A stretch of DNA of 64,000 bases. Source: Alphaproteobacteria bacterium (lineage in GTDB: Bacteria > Pseudomonadota > Alphaproteobacteria > UBA828). A program made the position numbers and the translations under genes. The stretch covers positions 2,688,001 to 2,752,000 of the forward strand of contig OZ243972.1 of the NCBI GenBank assembly GCA_965214705.1, given 5' to 3'. This document shows positions 1-10,015 of this stretch, one piece after another. Below the pieces are notes generated by a model that did no database searches, was not told the origin of the DNA, and saw only the letters and a program-made list of their open reading frames with translations. The stretch's first letter is position 1, and every line of letters starts with the position of its first letter.

Positions 1-176
1 CGACGGGGGTCAAGGTCCAGCCTCTGTCGGTCCTCAAGCGGATGGTCGAGTAGGCGGTCCGGCTCCGACTTCCTGGGACCGCGCCCGGGTTGCCGGGCTG
101 CCTGCCGCCGCCAGAAGGGCCGCGCTCGACTTATGTCGGCGCATGCTGCGCCGCCGGCGGGCGCACGCGGCCAGCT

Positions 177-708
177 TCACAACAGTTCGATGTCCATCGC
201 CTGCGGGCCGCGCGCGCCCTGCGCCACCATGACGCACACCCGCTGGGCCGGCTCCAGGGCGCCCAGGCCCGCCCGGCCGAGCACATTCCCATGCACGAAC
301 ACGTCCCGGCCGCCGCCGTCGGGAACGACGAAGCCGTAGCCCCTGGCGGCGTCGTAGAACTTGACGAAGCCGCGACGCTCCTCGGCCGGACCTGCCGGCT
401 CGTCATGGCCAAGTCCGCGTTCGCGCGAACCGTGCCGTGGCTCATCGCGCCCCGCACGGGGAGCCGGCGCCGTCGATGTGTCGACGGCCAGGATGGGGCA
501 CACCGCCGGGCCGCGCCGGTCCTCCGCCACCTCGCAGGTGACGCTCGCGCCCTTCGGAAGCGTGGCGTATCCGGCGTCTTCGACGACCGAAACATGACAG
601 AACACGTCGGCCGCGCCGTCGACGGGCGTCAGAAAGCCGAAACTCCTCGACAGACGCATCATAGAGGGAGACTTGTCCGCGGCATGTCCGGCACCGCCAC
701 GCTGTCCA
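177..708 (-). pseudogene. Tandem cold-shock domain protein, N-terminal CSD frameshifted
   Basis: C-terminal CSD intact (RGFVKFYDAARGYGF...DVFVH...GPQA); first CSD has RSFGFL...DVFCH in frame but its RGQVSLYDA strand lies in another frame. Confidence 0.7.
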
Positions 709-907
709 TTTCCTGTCGAAGCGCCACAGGCGCTCACCGCCGCTGGTCCGCCGTCCGTCGGCCAAGTCACCGCTGCGGGCGCGCTCCGCACCTGTGCCCG
801 CGCGCCCTCAAGAGGGCGAGGCCGGCCGGGACCGGGGCGGCGGGGCAGGCGGCCCGGCGAAGATAGCGCGCCTGCCGCTCGCGATCACGAACCGCGGAGG
901 GCCGACG

Positions 908-1231
908 ATGAGTACGGCGAGAACGATCCAGCGCGTTGCCAGCACGTACCTTGTGCACTTCTTTGGCGGCGGCCTCGAGGAAGAAGGCCGCTACGTGGTC
1001 GAGAGGTACGAGACTGCGGCCACGGGCGAGATCCGTCCGCTCAATGCCGGCAAGGAGAAGGGCACGGACCGGCGCAAGCGGCGCACGACCCTGTCGCGCG
1101 GCGCCGTCCGCCGACTGCGACCGGTGTCCAACGAGATCATCGTCGCCACCAGCGTCAGCCGCGACGCGGGCATGCAGCTGTTCGGCTCCGCCGCGGCCGG
1201 CATCGTACTGCGCGGCAAGTGGCGCTGCTGA
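908..1231 (+). CDS. Hypothetical protein
   Basis: GGAGG RBS at 896-900, ATG 908, protein-like composition. Confidence 0.55.
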   Translation: MSTARTIQRVASTYLVHFFGGGLEEEGRYVVERYETAATGEIRPLNAGKEKGTDRRKRRTTLSRGAVRRLRPVSNEIIVATSVSRDAGMQLFGSAAAGIVLRGKWRC

Positions 1232-1315
1232 CCGGCGACCCGGCCGGGGGCGTCGCCGCAGCCGCCGCAGGCCGCCCTCCCGAGCCTCGGCTACCCCCAC
1301 GTCTTCGAGGTTGCC

Positions 1316-2113
1316 ATGCCCAGCAGTGACGAGCGCGCGCAAGGGCGCCAGCGTCGGCGTCATGCTGACCGAATCGCCCGCAACACCTGCACCCGGTGCG
1401 GAAGGTTCCCGCCCGAGCCCGGCCTCAAGCTGTGCCGGTCCTGCGGCGAGAAGCGGCGCGCCGCCGAGAAGGTCCGCCGTGCCAAGGCCCGGCAGCAGGG
1501 AAAGCCTTACGGCGGCCGCGATCCCGAACAGTGCCGCCGTGCCGACCGCGCCGGCGACAGGCGGCGGCGGAGGGCGTGGAAGGAGGCGGGGCTATGCACG
1601 TCCTGTGGCCTCCGTCGACCGGAGGAGAACCGCTCCGTCTGCGAGCCGTGCCGCGAGGCGCGGCGCGCCCTGGACCGCCGGCGCTATGACGCGCGTCGTG
1701 CTGCCGGGCGATGCGTGCGGTGCGGGCAGCCGGCGTTCCGCGGCTCGTCCCGCTGCGGCCGGTGCGCGGTGGTCGAAGCGGAGCGCGCGGCGCCCGAACG
1801 CAGAAGGGCGGCCAGCAGGAAGCGCTACGCCAAGCGCAGGGCGCAGACGAAGTGCGTGGATTGCTCGGTTCCTGTTGCCGGCACTGCCCGTTGTCCGGAC
1901 TGCGCCCGGCGCTCCAACTCTCGCGCCCTCGAACCTCACCGCCTGCCCGTGCCGTTCCCGGAGTACACCGTGGTCCGGCTCGATACCGGCGACGCGATCG
2001 AGAGCGTCGAGACCGAAGCGGAAGCCGCCGCGTGCCTGGTCTTCGCCGGCCTCCGCCCCGATCAGGTCGAGATATGCGCCAATGTCCCGTTGATGGCGCT
2101 CTGTCCCCCATGA
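1316..2113 (+). CDS. Basic Cys-rich protein with four CxxC-x(9-11)-CxxC putative Zn-ribbon repeats
   Basis: CTRC..CRSC, CTSC..CEPC, CVRC..CGRC, CVDC..CPDC; GAGGT RBS. Confidence 0.75.
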   Translation: MPSSDERAQGRQRRRHADRIARNTCTRCGRFPPEPGLKLCRSCGEKRRAAEKVRRAKARQQGKPYGGRDPEQCRRADRAGDRRRRRAWKEAGLCTSCGLRRPEENRSVCEPCREARRALDRRRYDARRAAGRCVRCGQPAFRGSSRCGRCAVVEAERAAPERRRAASRKRYAKRRAQTKCVDCSVPVAGTARCPDCARRSNSRALEPHRLPVPFPEYTVVRLDTGDAIESVETEAEAAACLVFAGLRPDQVEICANVPLMALCPP

Positions 2114-2867
2114 GCGCGGCATCGACGCTGTGGTCCGCACCTTCGACGGCGGCGAGCGCACCTTCGTCGCAACGTTCCACAAGGCGAAGGACCGCGACAT
2201 GCGGTCCGCGCGGCGGCGTCTGAAGAGGATCGGTCGGTAGGGAGGTTGGCGCCGGGCGGGTCGCCTGGCCCCGCGCTCTCCCGAAGGCATGAGGTCAGGG
2301 CGGAATGACTCCGGCGCCGCGCGGTATAGTGGGCCGCACCCCTCTCGGATTGCAACTCTGAACGCCCGGCCGCCGGGCTGCATTGTTCCCGCCGAATCGC
2401 ACCCCTCTGGCAGCCTCCATTTTACCGCCGTTGCAAGGGTCGTTCGGCGCCTCCAAATCTCCCGTTTCTCGGGGAGAACACCCACCCGACGGCCGCGATT
2501 CTTAAAGACTTCTGGCCACCGCCGCCGCGCGCCGCCCGACCGCCGTCGGCCCCGATCCCTTACTCACCGCCATCTTCCGGCTGATCCAGATTCACAACGA
2601 CTTCTGGCCGTCAACAGACGCGGGCAGCAGGCGATCAACGGGCGAGACCATCTTTGGCCTTCACGATCCCACGCCGCCGTGACCCCGTCGCCAGTGAAGC
2701 GGTCGCAGGTGCGGTCCGCCAGGTCGTCGATCTCCCGGCGGGCGTCGGGGAAGGCGGCAGCCGAGAGGAGGAGAGGAGCTTTCGAGGAGTGAACGGGAGG
2801 TGGATCGAGAGAGATCGCCCCGTTCGCCAACCTTCGTCATCAACTCGGAAGAACAGGAGACAAGACC

Positions 2868-3320
2868 ATGTCGTTCGGATTGAACCAGGCTCAGATCATC
2901 GGTCGGCTGGGTGCCGATGCGACCATCGGCAACCTCGCCTCCGGCGGGCGCGTCGCCAATATGAGCGTGGCGACCGACGAGGGGTATCTGGATCGCCAAT
3001 CAGGCCAGAGGGTGGATCGGACAGAGTGGCACCGGGTCGTCAGCTTCCAGAGCGGCCTGATCGACTTGCTGGAAAAGCACGCGAAGAAGGGCCGGCTCGT
3101 CTACGTCGCGGGCAAGATGCAGACCAGGAAGTGGCGCAAGGACGGCGAGGACTCGGACCGGTTCTCCACCGAGATCCTGCTCGTCCCTGGCTCGCGGATC
3201 CAATTTTTGGACAAGCCTGCCGGCACCAACGGCAACGGCACGGCGCCGGCCGACGGCGAGGCGGCGGAGGCCGCAACCGGCACCGGCGAGACCCACAACG
3301 GCTCGTCCTTGCCGTTCTAG
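2868..3320 (+). CDS. ssb: Single-stranded DNA-binding protein
   Basis: N...IGRLGAD, SVATDE, TEWHRVV, KGRLVYVAGKMQTRKW, C-terminal LPF. Confidence 0.95.
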   Translation: MSFGLNQAQIIGRLGADATIGNLASGGRVANMSVATDEGYLDRQSGQRVDRTEWHRVVSFQSGLIDLLEKHAKKGRLVYVAGKMQTRKWRKDGEDSDRFSTEILLVPGSRIQFLDKPAGTNGNGTAPADGEAAEAATGTGETHNGSSLPF

Positions 3321-3356
3321 ATTCCTGAGCGCGCTTCTCCCTCGCGCTCGCCCCGG

Positions 3357-3400
3357 GGCCGACCACGCGTTCCTCCCGCGCGTGGTCGGCCCTTTCTTCT
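3357..3400 (+). terminator. Rho-independent terminator after ssb
   Basis: 13-bp stem GGCCGACCACGCG/CGCGTGGTCGGCC followed by CTTTCTTCT. Confidence 0.6.
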
Positions 3401-3601
3401 GCAGTGTCTTCCGAGTCCCCCGCAGGCCGGACGGCGTGCCGTGCGCTTCGCGCGGAGCCCGCCGTCCCGGCGCCGGCGAGAGACCGGGTGGGGCCGGGAC
3501 CGGGGCGCGTCCCACGCAGCGGTCAGCGAGGTCCCCATGCTCTCCATCTCCTCTCACGGTCCCGGCTTCGCCGGTTCCCGCCCACGCCCGAGGTGTGCGC
3601 C

Positions 3602-4597
3602 ATGAACGCGGCCGCCGTCGCCGCAGCGCTGGCCGAGCGCGCCGAGGAGGTCTGCCGCAGATACCTGCCCTACGGGCGGCGCCGGGGCAGGTATTGGGTC
3701 GCGGGCGATCTCGACGGCGGGCGCGGCCGATCCCTCTACGTCCGTCTCGCGCCTCCGGGTGCGCCGGGGAAATTCACCGATGCAGCAACAGGCGAGCATG
3801 GCGATCTGCTCGACATCATCCGCCACCGCATCTGCGCGCCGACGCTCCGCGCGGCGCTCGACGAGGCTCGCGCCTTCCTCGCCCGGCCGGCTGCGCCGGC
3901 TGCGGGCTCGGGCAACGCCTACGACGCCACCGAGGCGGCGCGGCGCCTGTGGCGGCGTTGCCGCGCCATCGACGGCACCCATGCGGAAGCGTACCTCCAC
4001 GCTCGCGGGCTCGCGCGCTGCCGCTTCCCCGCGCTGCGCTACCACCCGGCTTTGCTCTACAGGGATGGCGGCGGCGTGCGCCGCCTGCCCGCGCTGGTCG
4101 CCGCCGTCACCGCTCACGACGGCGACATCATCACCGGTGTCCATCGCACATGGTTGGACCCTCGGCGCCCCGCGAAGGCAAACCTCTCATCGCCGCGCAA
4201 GGCGCTCGGACGCATCTTCGGCCATGCCGTCCGTTTCGGCGATCCCGCCGACGGCGCTTCGCTTCTCGTCGGCGAGGGCATCGAGACCGTGCTGTCGCTG
4301 GTGACCGCCTCACCCGAGATCACCGCCGCCGCGGCGCTCTCGGCCGGCAGCCTCGGCGCCTTCTCCCCGCCTGCCGGCACAGCCCGCCTCGTCATCGCCA
4401 GGGACAACGACGATGAAGGCGAGCGCGCGGCTCTCCGCCTCGCCCGGCGCTGCGCGCGGGCGGGCGTCGCTGCACTGGTCGTCGCGCCCGCGGGCGATGA
4501 CTTCAACAGCGATCTCGTCGCCCTCGGCGCGCCGGCGCTTCGCGCCAGGCTCGCCCCGATCTTCTGCCGCCCGGTCTGCGCCGGGGACCGCTGGTGA
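3602..4597 (+). CDS. Toprim-domain DNA primase-like protein of alphaproteobacterial plasmids/ICEs
   Basis: GEHGDLLD, AYLHARG, GVHRTWL, VGEGIET, IARDND, GDDFN motifs. Confidence 0.85.
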   Translation: MNAAAVAAALAERAEEVCRRYLPYGRRRGRYWVAGDLDGGRGRSLYVRLAPPGAPGKFTDAATGEHGDLLDIIRHRICAPTLRAALDEARAFLARPAAPAAGSGNAYDATEAARRLWRRCRAIDGTHAEAYLHARGLARCRFPALRYHPALLYRDGGGVRRLPALVAAVTAHDGDIITGVHRTWLDPRRPAKANLSSPRKALGRIFGHAVRFGDPADGASLLVGEGIETVLSLVTASPEITAAAALSAGSLGAFSPPAGTARLVIARDNDDEGERAALRLARRCARAGVAALVVAPAGDDFNSDLVALGAPALRARLAPIFCRPVCAGDRW

Positions 4598-4695
4598 CGA
4601 TCGCCCGGCCAGAGACGGAGAAGAGCAGGCGCCGGGCGAGCGGCGCAGAGAGGGAGAGAGGTTTCTCCCCGCCGCCATCACGCCAGGAGCGCAGC

Positions 4696-4932
4696 ATGAG
4701 CAGCACCATCACCTTCACGCGCGTCGCCGACGACGAGGCTCGCATCCTCGACGGCGACGGCGACCACGTCGGCGACCTCTTCCGTCATCCCGACATCCTT
4801 CACCCGGGTTCGTCCTACTTCGTGATCCATCTCGACGAAGATCCCCGCGGCCCGGTGCGTGTGCACGACCGCTCCCGCATTCGCGAGGTGGCCGAGGAGC
4901 GCATCCGCTCACACCCGCTCTGGTCGTCGTGA
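4696..4932 (+). CDS. Small hypothetical protein
   Basis: AGGAG RBS, ATG 4696, C/G-ending codon bias. Confidence 0.6.
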   Translation: MSSTITFTRVADDEARILDGDGDHVGDLFRHPDILHPGSSYFVIHLDEDPRGPVRVHDRSRIREVAEERIRSHPLWSS

Positions 4933-5435
4933 TGCCGGCAAGGACAACAGAAACGGGGGCCGTGCGTGGGGAGAGAATAGCCACCCCGTCGTGATGGCCG
5001 AGTCTCACACACGTCCTCGTTCCAGCAACCCTGCGGGTCCTCCAGTCGCTGCGCTCCTTCCGGCCTTCCCCAAGACCTCCTAGGACCGGCCGTGAAGATG
5101 CCCGACCGTGAAGTCGGCTCGCCTGAACTCTCCAACGCCTCGTCTGAGGCGCACCGGCCCCTGAAGCGCGGGGCCGGCGCGTCGGCCCGGCGCTAGCAGT
5201 CCTTGAGAAGGCCTACTCGAAACGCGGCCAGTCACCGAGGCGGCGCGCCGGGCCTCCCAGGCTCACAGAGCGCCGACTTCCGCACCGACATCGGGCATCT
5301 TCCGCACCTAATCCGGTCCAAGGAGCTCTAGGGGAAGGTGCTTCCACTGCGCGCGCGTGAAGAGAAACGACATCACGAAGGGGCACTGGGCCCTGGAGGA
5401 TGAACATCCAGAGGGATGGAACAAGGGAGATCGTC

Positions 5436-6365
5436 ATGATCGACACCGCCACCGCTACCCCGACCGCTTCAGCAACCGCAACTGTCTGCGAGGGCATGGC
5501 CCTCTTCGGTGCAGCACCCGAGCGCGGCGAGCTCGACAGCAGGGTCGTCTGGGACGAAGACGACGCCATCGACGCGCTGAACCAAGCCATCCGCGTCATC
5601 GTCGACGGCATCACCGTAGACGGCACACAGATGGCCGACGAGCGCGAGCCCCTCATGTGGGGCCTGACCAACATGCTGCACAGCCAGGTGCAGAGGCTGG
5701 ACCGCGCCGTCGACCGCATCGCGCCCGAGATGCGCGACCTCGAGAAGGCGCAGGATGGATCGGAGGTCAAGGCATGGGAGCTGCAGACCATGACCGACCG
5801 TGCGCAGAACCTCGGTGACAGGCGCGACGCCTTCGAGAAGCTCCGCGACCTCGCCGCCGACGCCTACCGCGTCGAGACCGGCGACACATGGCGCCCGAGG
5901 CACGGATCGCACACGAGCCAGACTGGACAGCTCACCTCCGCCGCCATCGACGCGCGCGATTTCAGGCGCGCACGCAAGGACCGCGAGACCCGTGCGCACC
6001 TGCCCGAGGGCACCCTGGTCGCCGTCACCGGCGGCAAGACCGTCAGCGATGCCGACGCGGTCTGGAGCACACTCGACATGGCGCGCGCCAAGTACGGCGA
6101 CATGGTGCTGCTACATGGTGGCGGTCCCGGCGTCGAGAAGATCGCCGCGAGCTGGGCCGAGGCCAGAGGCGTCAACCAGGTCATCTGCCGCCCCGACTGG
6201 AACGCGCACGGCAAGGCCGCGCCCTTCCGCCGCAACGACGACCTGCTCAACCTGCTGCCCAAGGGCGTCATCGCCTTCCCCGGCTCCGGCATCACCGGCA
6301 ACCTCGTCGACAAAGCGAAACAACTCGGCATACCGGTCATGCACGTTATGCCGAGCTCGGCATAA
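5436..6365 (+). CDS. DUF2493 (SLOG/YspA-like) domain protein; last codons replaced by RIT insertion
   Basis: VAVTGG, LLHGG, AAPFRRND, IAFPGSGITGNL...GIPV. Confidence 0.85.
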   Translation: MIDTATATPTASATATVCEGMALFGAAPERGELDSRVVWDEDDAIDALNQAIRVIVDGITVDGTQMADEREPLMWGLTNMLHSQVQRLDRAVDRIAPEMRDLEKAQDGSEVKAWELQTMTDRAQNLGDRRDAFEKLRDLAADAYRVETGDTWRPRHGSHTSQTGQLTSAAIDARDFRRARKDRETRAHLPEGTLVAVTGGKTVSDADAVWSTLDMARAKYGDMVLLHGGGPGVEKIAASWAEARGVNQVICRPDWNAHGKAAPFRRNDDLLNLLPKGVIAFPGSGITGNLVDKAKQLGIPVMHVMPSSA

Positions 6366-6367
6366 CG

Positions 6368-6459
6368 TGCATAATGCCGAGAAGGTTGTAATGCCGAGCG
6401 GGTCGCGGGGATCGGCTTAGTTCTGCCGTTTTCCTGCCGATTCGCTCGGCATTAATTGT
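6368..6459. repeat. RIT left inverted repeat (92 bp)
   Basis: Reverse complement of 10015-10106 with one mismatch; internal TAATGCCGAG repeats. Confidence 0.95.
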
Positions 6460-6517
6460 TGGGGTCGGTTCTCCGACAAAGTCGTCCTCCCTTTCAATCG
6501 GATGGAGGACGACAAGA

Positions 6518-8092
6518 ATGTCTTCGACACCCAACCGCGGGTCGTTGCTGGAGACCACGGCGCTGGCCGGCTTCGATCCAATCATTCTTGAGTTCATCGA
6601 CGACCTTCGCCATCGAGGTGGAGTTGCCGAGGGTCAGCTCCCCAAGTACCGGTATGCCGCTCGTCACTTCCTGATCTGGCTTAAGCTCGCCGGCATCGAG
6701 CTCAAGATGGTCGACGGCACGGCCATCGAGCACTTTCTGCAGCACGATTGCCGTTGTGCCGAATCGTCCGCGCCCGTCCGGCTTCGCCGCTGGCGCAAGT
6801 GCCGCACGTCGTCCAGAGTCATGACGTTCATCCGCTTCCTTGAGCGGACGGGGCGCATCGAGACTCCCGGCGAGCTCGACGACAATTTCAGGCTGCTGGA
6901 TGCGTTCCTCGCGAGCTTGCGCCGCGATGGCTACGCGACCGCGACCATTGAGCTGTATGGCCACGGATGCGGCGGTCTCATTGTCTGGCTCCACCTCTCA
7001 CGGCTTCGCCTGTGCGATCTGTCGCCGGAGGTAATCGCACGTTTCCGGCGCAGGCAGATCGTCTGCTCGATCCCCGGGGTGTTTTGCGGCCAGGAATCGC
7101 GGTGCCCCGCAACCGCATACGAGACCGAGCTGCGCGGCTTCCTGAAGCATCTCGTCTCGATCGGGCGGATCGAACCGTTCGAACAGAACCCGGACGAGAA
7201 GACCCCGCCGCCCCCTCGCCTCGAGAGATTCGGCGACTGGCTTGAACGCCATCGTGCGATCAGCCCGGAGAGCATACGCCAGTATGTCCGATTGATCGCA
7301 GAGATGCTGCCTGACCTTGGGGACGATCCTGGGGCCTATGACGCGGCGCTGATCCGGCGGGCGTTGTTCGACCGTATGGAGCCCTGGTCGCAGGGCTACG
7401 CCCGAAGGCTGACCACCGCGATGCGCATGTATCTGCGGTTCCTGGTGTCGGAAGCCAGCATCGCGGCGAGACTGGTCGAGGCCGTGCCGACGGTGCCGCA
7501 GTGGCGATTGTCCACCTTGCCACGATACATCTCGGCCGACGATGTCGAGCGCGCCATCGCATCCTGCGGCGACGACCCCAAGGGCGTGCGCGATCGGGCG
7601 ATCCTGCTGCTTCTGGCACGGCTGGCCCTGCGGGCCGGGGATATCGTCGCTCTGCGCCTCGGCGATATCGACTGGGACAGGGCCGAGATCCGTGTCTCGG
7701 GAAAATCACGGCGGGAGACGGCTCTGCCTCTGCCCCAGGACGTCGGCGATGCGCTCCACGCCTATATCGCGACGGCGCGGCCAAGGGTGGATGAGGAGAA
7801 GGTGTTCTTCTGTGTGAACGCGCCCTGTCGGCCGTTCACCGACTCGAGTGTCGTCAGCGCCGTGGCGGAATGGGCTCTCGACCGCGCCGGGGTCAAGACC
7901 TTCGGCGGCCGCGGCGCGCATACATTCCGCCATTCCCAGGCGACAGCGCTGCTCAGATCCGGAGCAACGCTCCACGTCATCCAATCGCTGCTCCGGCACG
8001 CTTCCCCGAGCGCCACCATGATCTATGCGAAGACCGACGCGGTCATGTTGCAGGAGGTTGCCCAACCCTGGATCGGGGGGATCGATCGATGA
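6518..8092 (+). CDS. ritA: RIT tyrosine recombinase A (long form)
   Basis: RDRAILLLLARLALR, HTFRH, LRH, TMIY. Confidence 0.9.
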   Translation: MSSTPNRGSLLETTALAGFDPIILEFIDDLRHRGGVAEGQLPKYRYAARHFLIWLKLAGIELKMVDGTAIEHFLQHDCRCAESSAPVRLRRWRKCRTSSRVMTFIRFLERTGRIETPGELDDNFRLLDAFLASLRRDGYATATIELYGHGCGGLIVWLHLSRLRLCDLSPEVIARFRRRQIVCSIPGVFCGQESRCPATAYETELRGFLKHLVSIGRIEPFEQNPDEKTPPPPRLERFGDWLERHRAISPESIRQYVRLIAEMLPDLGDDPGAYDAALIRRALFDRMEPWSQGYARRLTTAMRMYLRFLVSEASIAARLVEAVPTVPQWRLSTLPRYISADDVERAIASCGDDPKGVRDRAILLLLARLALRAGDIVALRLGDIDWDRAEIRVSGKSRRETALPLPQDVGDALHAYIATARPRVDEEKVFFCVNAPCRPFTDSSVVSAVAEWALDRAGVKTFGGRGAHTFRHSQATALLRSGATLHVIQSLLRHASPSATMIYAKTDAVMLQEVAQPWIGGIDR

Positions 8093-9021
8093 CGATGACA
8101 ATCAGCGAACAGGTCTCGCGCTTCGTCGCGATGAAACAGAAGCTCGGCTACCGGTTCGGGCGGTGCGAAGGGATGCTGCACAGCTTCGCCAGGTTCGCCG
8201 AGGACCGTGATGAAACATTCATCCATTCCACGACCGCCATCGAGTGGGCATCGTCGTCGAGAGCGGCATCGCAGTCCGAAGGAGTCAGAAGGCTGCGCGC
8301 GGTACATGACTTTGCCAGCTGGCTGCATGCCGAGGATGCGCGTCACGAAGTACCGCCGCGCGATGCGCTGGGCCGCCCGAACAAGCAGAGGCCGCGACCC
8401 TGCCTGATATCGGTCCCGGACATCGGGAAACTTCTGATGGCGGCGCTGTCCATGGGGCCTGCCGGCAGCATCGCCCCGCTGACCTGGCACTACCTGTTCG
8501 GGCTCATCGCCGCGACCGGCCTGCGCATCGGCGAAGCGCTCGCATTGACGATGGATGACATCACCGCTGACGGCCTCGTCATCCGAGACACGAAGTTCGG
8601 CAAGACGAGGATGGTCGCGCTGCACCCGACCACCTGGGATGCGCTGAACTGCTACCTGGGGTCACGGCTCAAGGAGAAAACGCCAGACACGCATCTCTTC
8701 GTGATCGCCACCGGCCTATGTCCGAGTAGAGGCTATGCATCGGCCGTCTTCCGCAGACTCGCGGAGCAAGCCGGAATCCGCGAACCCGGCGCGGCGCGAG
8801 GACCCACACCGCACTCGCTGCGGCATTCCTTCGCTGTGCGGTCACTTGAGAGCCTTGCTCCCGATATCGATCCGAGCCGCCATATGCTGGCGCTTGCGAC
8901 CTACCTCGGCCATGTCAACGTCTCAAGCACCTACTGGTATCTGGAATCGACCCCTGCCCTCCTGCGCGGCATTGCCGAAGCCGCGGAAGAGGCTCACGCG
9001 AATGGGGGTTCCGATGACTGA
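8089..9021 (+). CDS. ritB: RIT tyrosine recombinase B
   Basis: TGLRIGEA, TKFGKTR, HSLRHSFAV, YLGH, TYWY; ATGA overlap with ritA. Confidence 0.9.
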   Translation: MTMTISEQVSRFVAMKQKLGYRFGRCEGMLHSFARFAEDRDETFIHSTTAIEWASSSRAASQSEGVRRLRAVHDFASWLHAEDARHEVPPRDALGRPNKQRPRPCLISVPDIGKLLMAALSMGPAGSIAPLTWHYLFGLIAATGLRIGEALALTMDDITADGLVIRDTKFGKTRMVALHPTTWDALNCYLGSRLKEKTPDTHLFVIATGLCPSRGYASAVFRRLAEQAGIREPGAARGPTPHSLRHSFAVRSLESLAPDIDPSRHMLALATYLGHVNVSSTYWYLESTPALLRGIAEAAEEAHANGGSDD

Positions 9022-10015
9022 TCTTGCCCCCCACCTGACGAGCTTCCTGGAGGAGCACCTTCCTAACGAGCGGCGCTTCAGCCGCCACACCGTGCAGAGC
9101 TATAAGGAGTGCTTCCGCCTCCTCGTCATCTACGCGGCGGAAAAGACCAGGGTGCGCCCCTGCATCCTGAAGATCGAGCACCTGACGGTGGCTCTACTGC
9201 TGGCCTTCCTCGAGTCTCTGGAGAAGGATCGCAACAACAGCATCGGCACCCGCAACAATCGCCTCGCCGCCATCAAGTCCTTCTTCCGATACCTGGAATA
9301 CCGTGTCCCGGGTTGTCTCGACCTCGCCTTGCAGGTGCGCGCCATCCCGCAGAAGCGCACCGACAAACCCCTGATCGACTGGCTCGACCGGATGGAGATG
9401 CAGGCGATCCTGGATGCGCCGGATACCGCGACGGTCGCAGGCCTGCGCGACCGCGCCATGCTGCATCTATGCTACGCGGCCGGGCTCCGGGTGTCGGAAC
9501 TGACCAGGCTCACTCTCGACAGCCTGTCGAGTCCCCATCTTGAGACTGTCCGCATCCTGGGCAAGGGGCGGCGCGAGCGCGAACTGCCGCTCTGGAAGGA
9601 AACGAGGGCCGTCCTCAATGAGTGGCTCGACGTCCGCCCGCCGGTCAACAATCGCTATCTCTTCCTCAGCGCCCGCGGGCGGGCGTTGAGCACGGACGGC
9701 TTCGCTTACATCCTCGACCAGCATGTCGCCACCGCGGCCTGCAAGGTCCCGTCCATCAAGAGCAAGCGGGTGACCCCGCACGTGCTCCGTCATTCGTCGG
9801 CAATGACCGTTCTGGATGCCACACGGGGGGACATCCGGAAGGTCTCGATCTGGCTCGGTCACGCCGACGTCAAGATTACCGAGGTGTACCTTCGTTCGAG
9901 CGCGGCCGAGAAGTTGAAAATCCTTGGGGCCAACACGCCGCCTTCCATCCGCCGCGGGACCTTCAACGGTGTGAAGGACAGCTTGATGATGGTTCTCGGC
10001 GGAAACTGGCCGTGA
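9014..10015 (+). CDS. ritC: RIT tyrosine recombinase C
   Basis: TRNNRLAAIKSFF, GLRVSE, GKGRRER, HVLRH, WLGH, TEVY; 8-bp overlap with ritB. Confidence 0.9.
   Translation: MTDLAPHLTSFLEEHLPNERRFSRHTVQSYKECFRLLVIYAAEKTRVRPCILKIEHLTVALLLAFLESLEKDRNNSIGTRNNRLAAIKSFFRYLEYRVPGCLDLALQVRAIPQKRTDKPLIDWLDRMEMQAILDAPDTATVAGLRDRAMLHLCYAAGLRVSELTRLTLDSLSSPHLETVRILGKGRRERELPLWKETRAVLNEWLDVRPPVNNRYLFLSARGRALSTDGFAYILDQHVATAACKVPSIKSKRVTPHVLRHSSAMTVLDATRGDIRKVSIWLGHADVKITEVYLRSSAAEKLKILGANTPPSIRRGTFNGVKDSLMMVLGGNWP

Noticed and set aside
4961-4976. TGCGTGGGGAGAGA as another nic copy
   Set aside because: Diverges at the TGT^G cleavage positions and has no adjacent hairpin
6344-6459. CRISPR-like repeats of ATGCCGAG
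   Set aside because: Short recombinase-site boxes within RIT ends; no regular spacers or cas genes anywhere in the window
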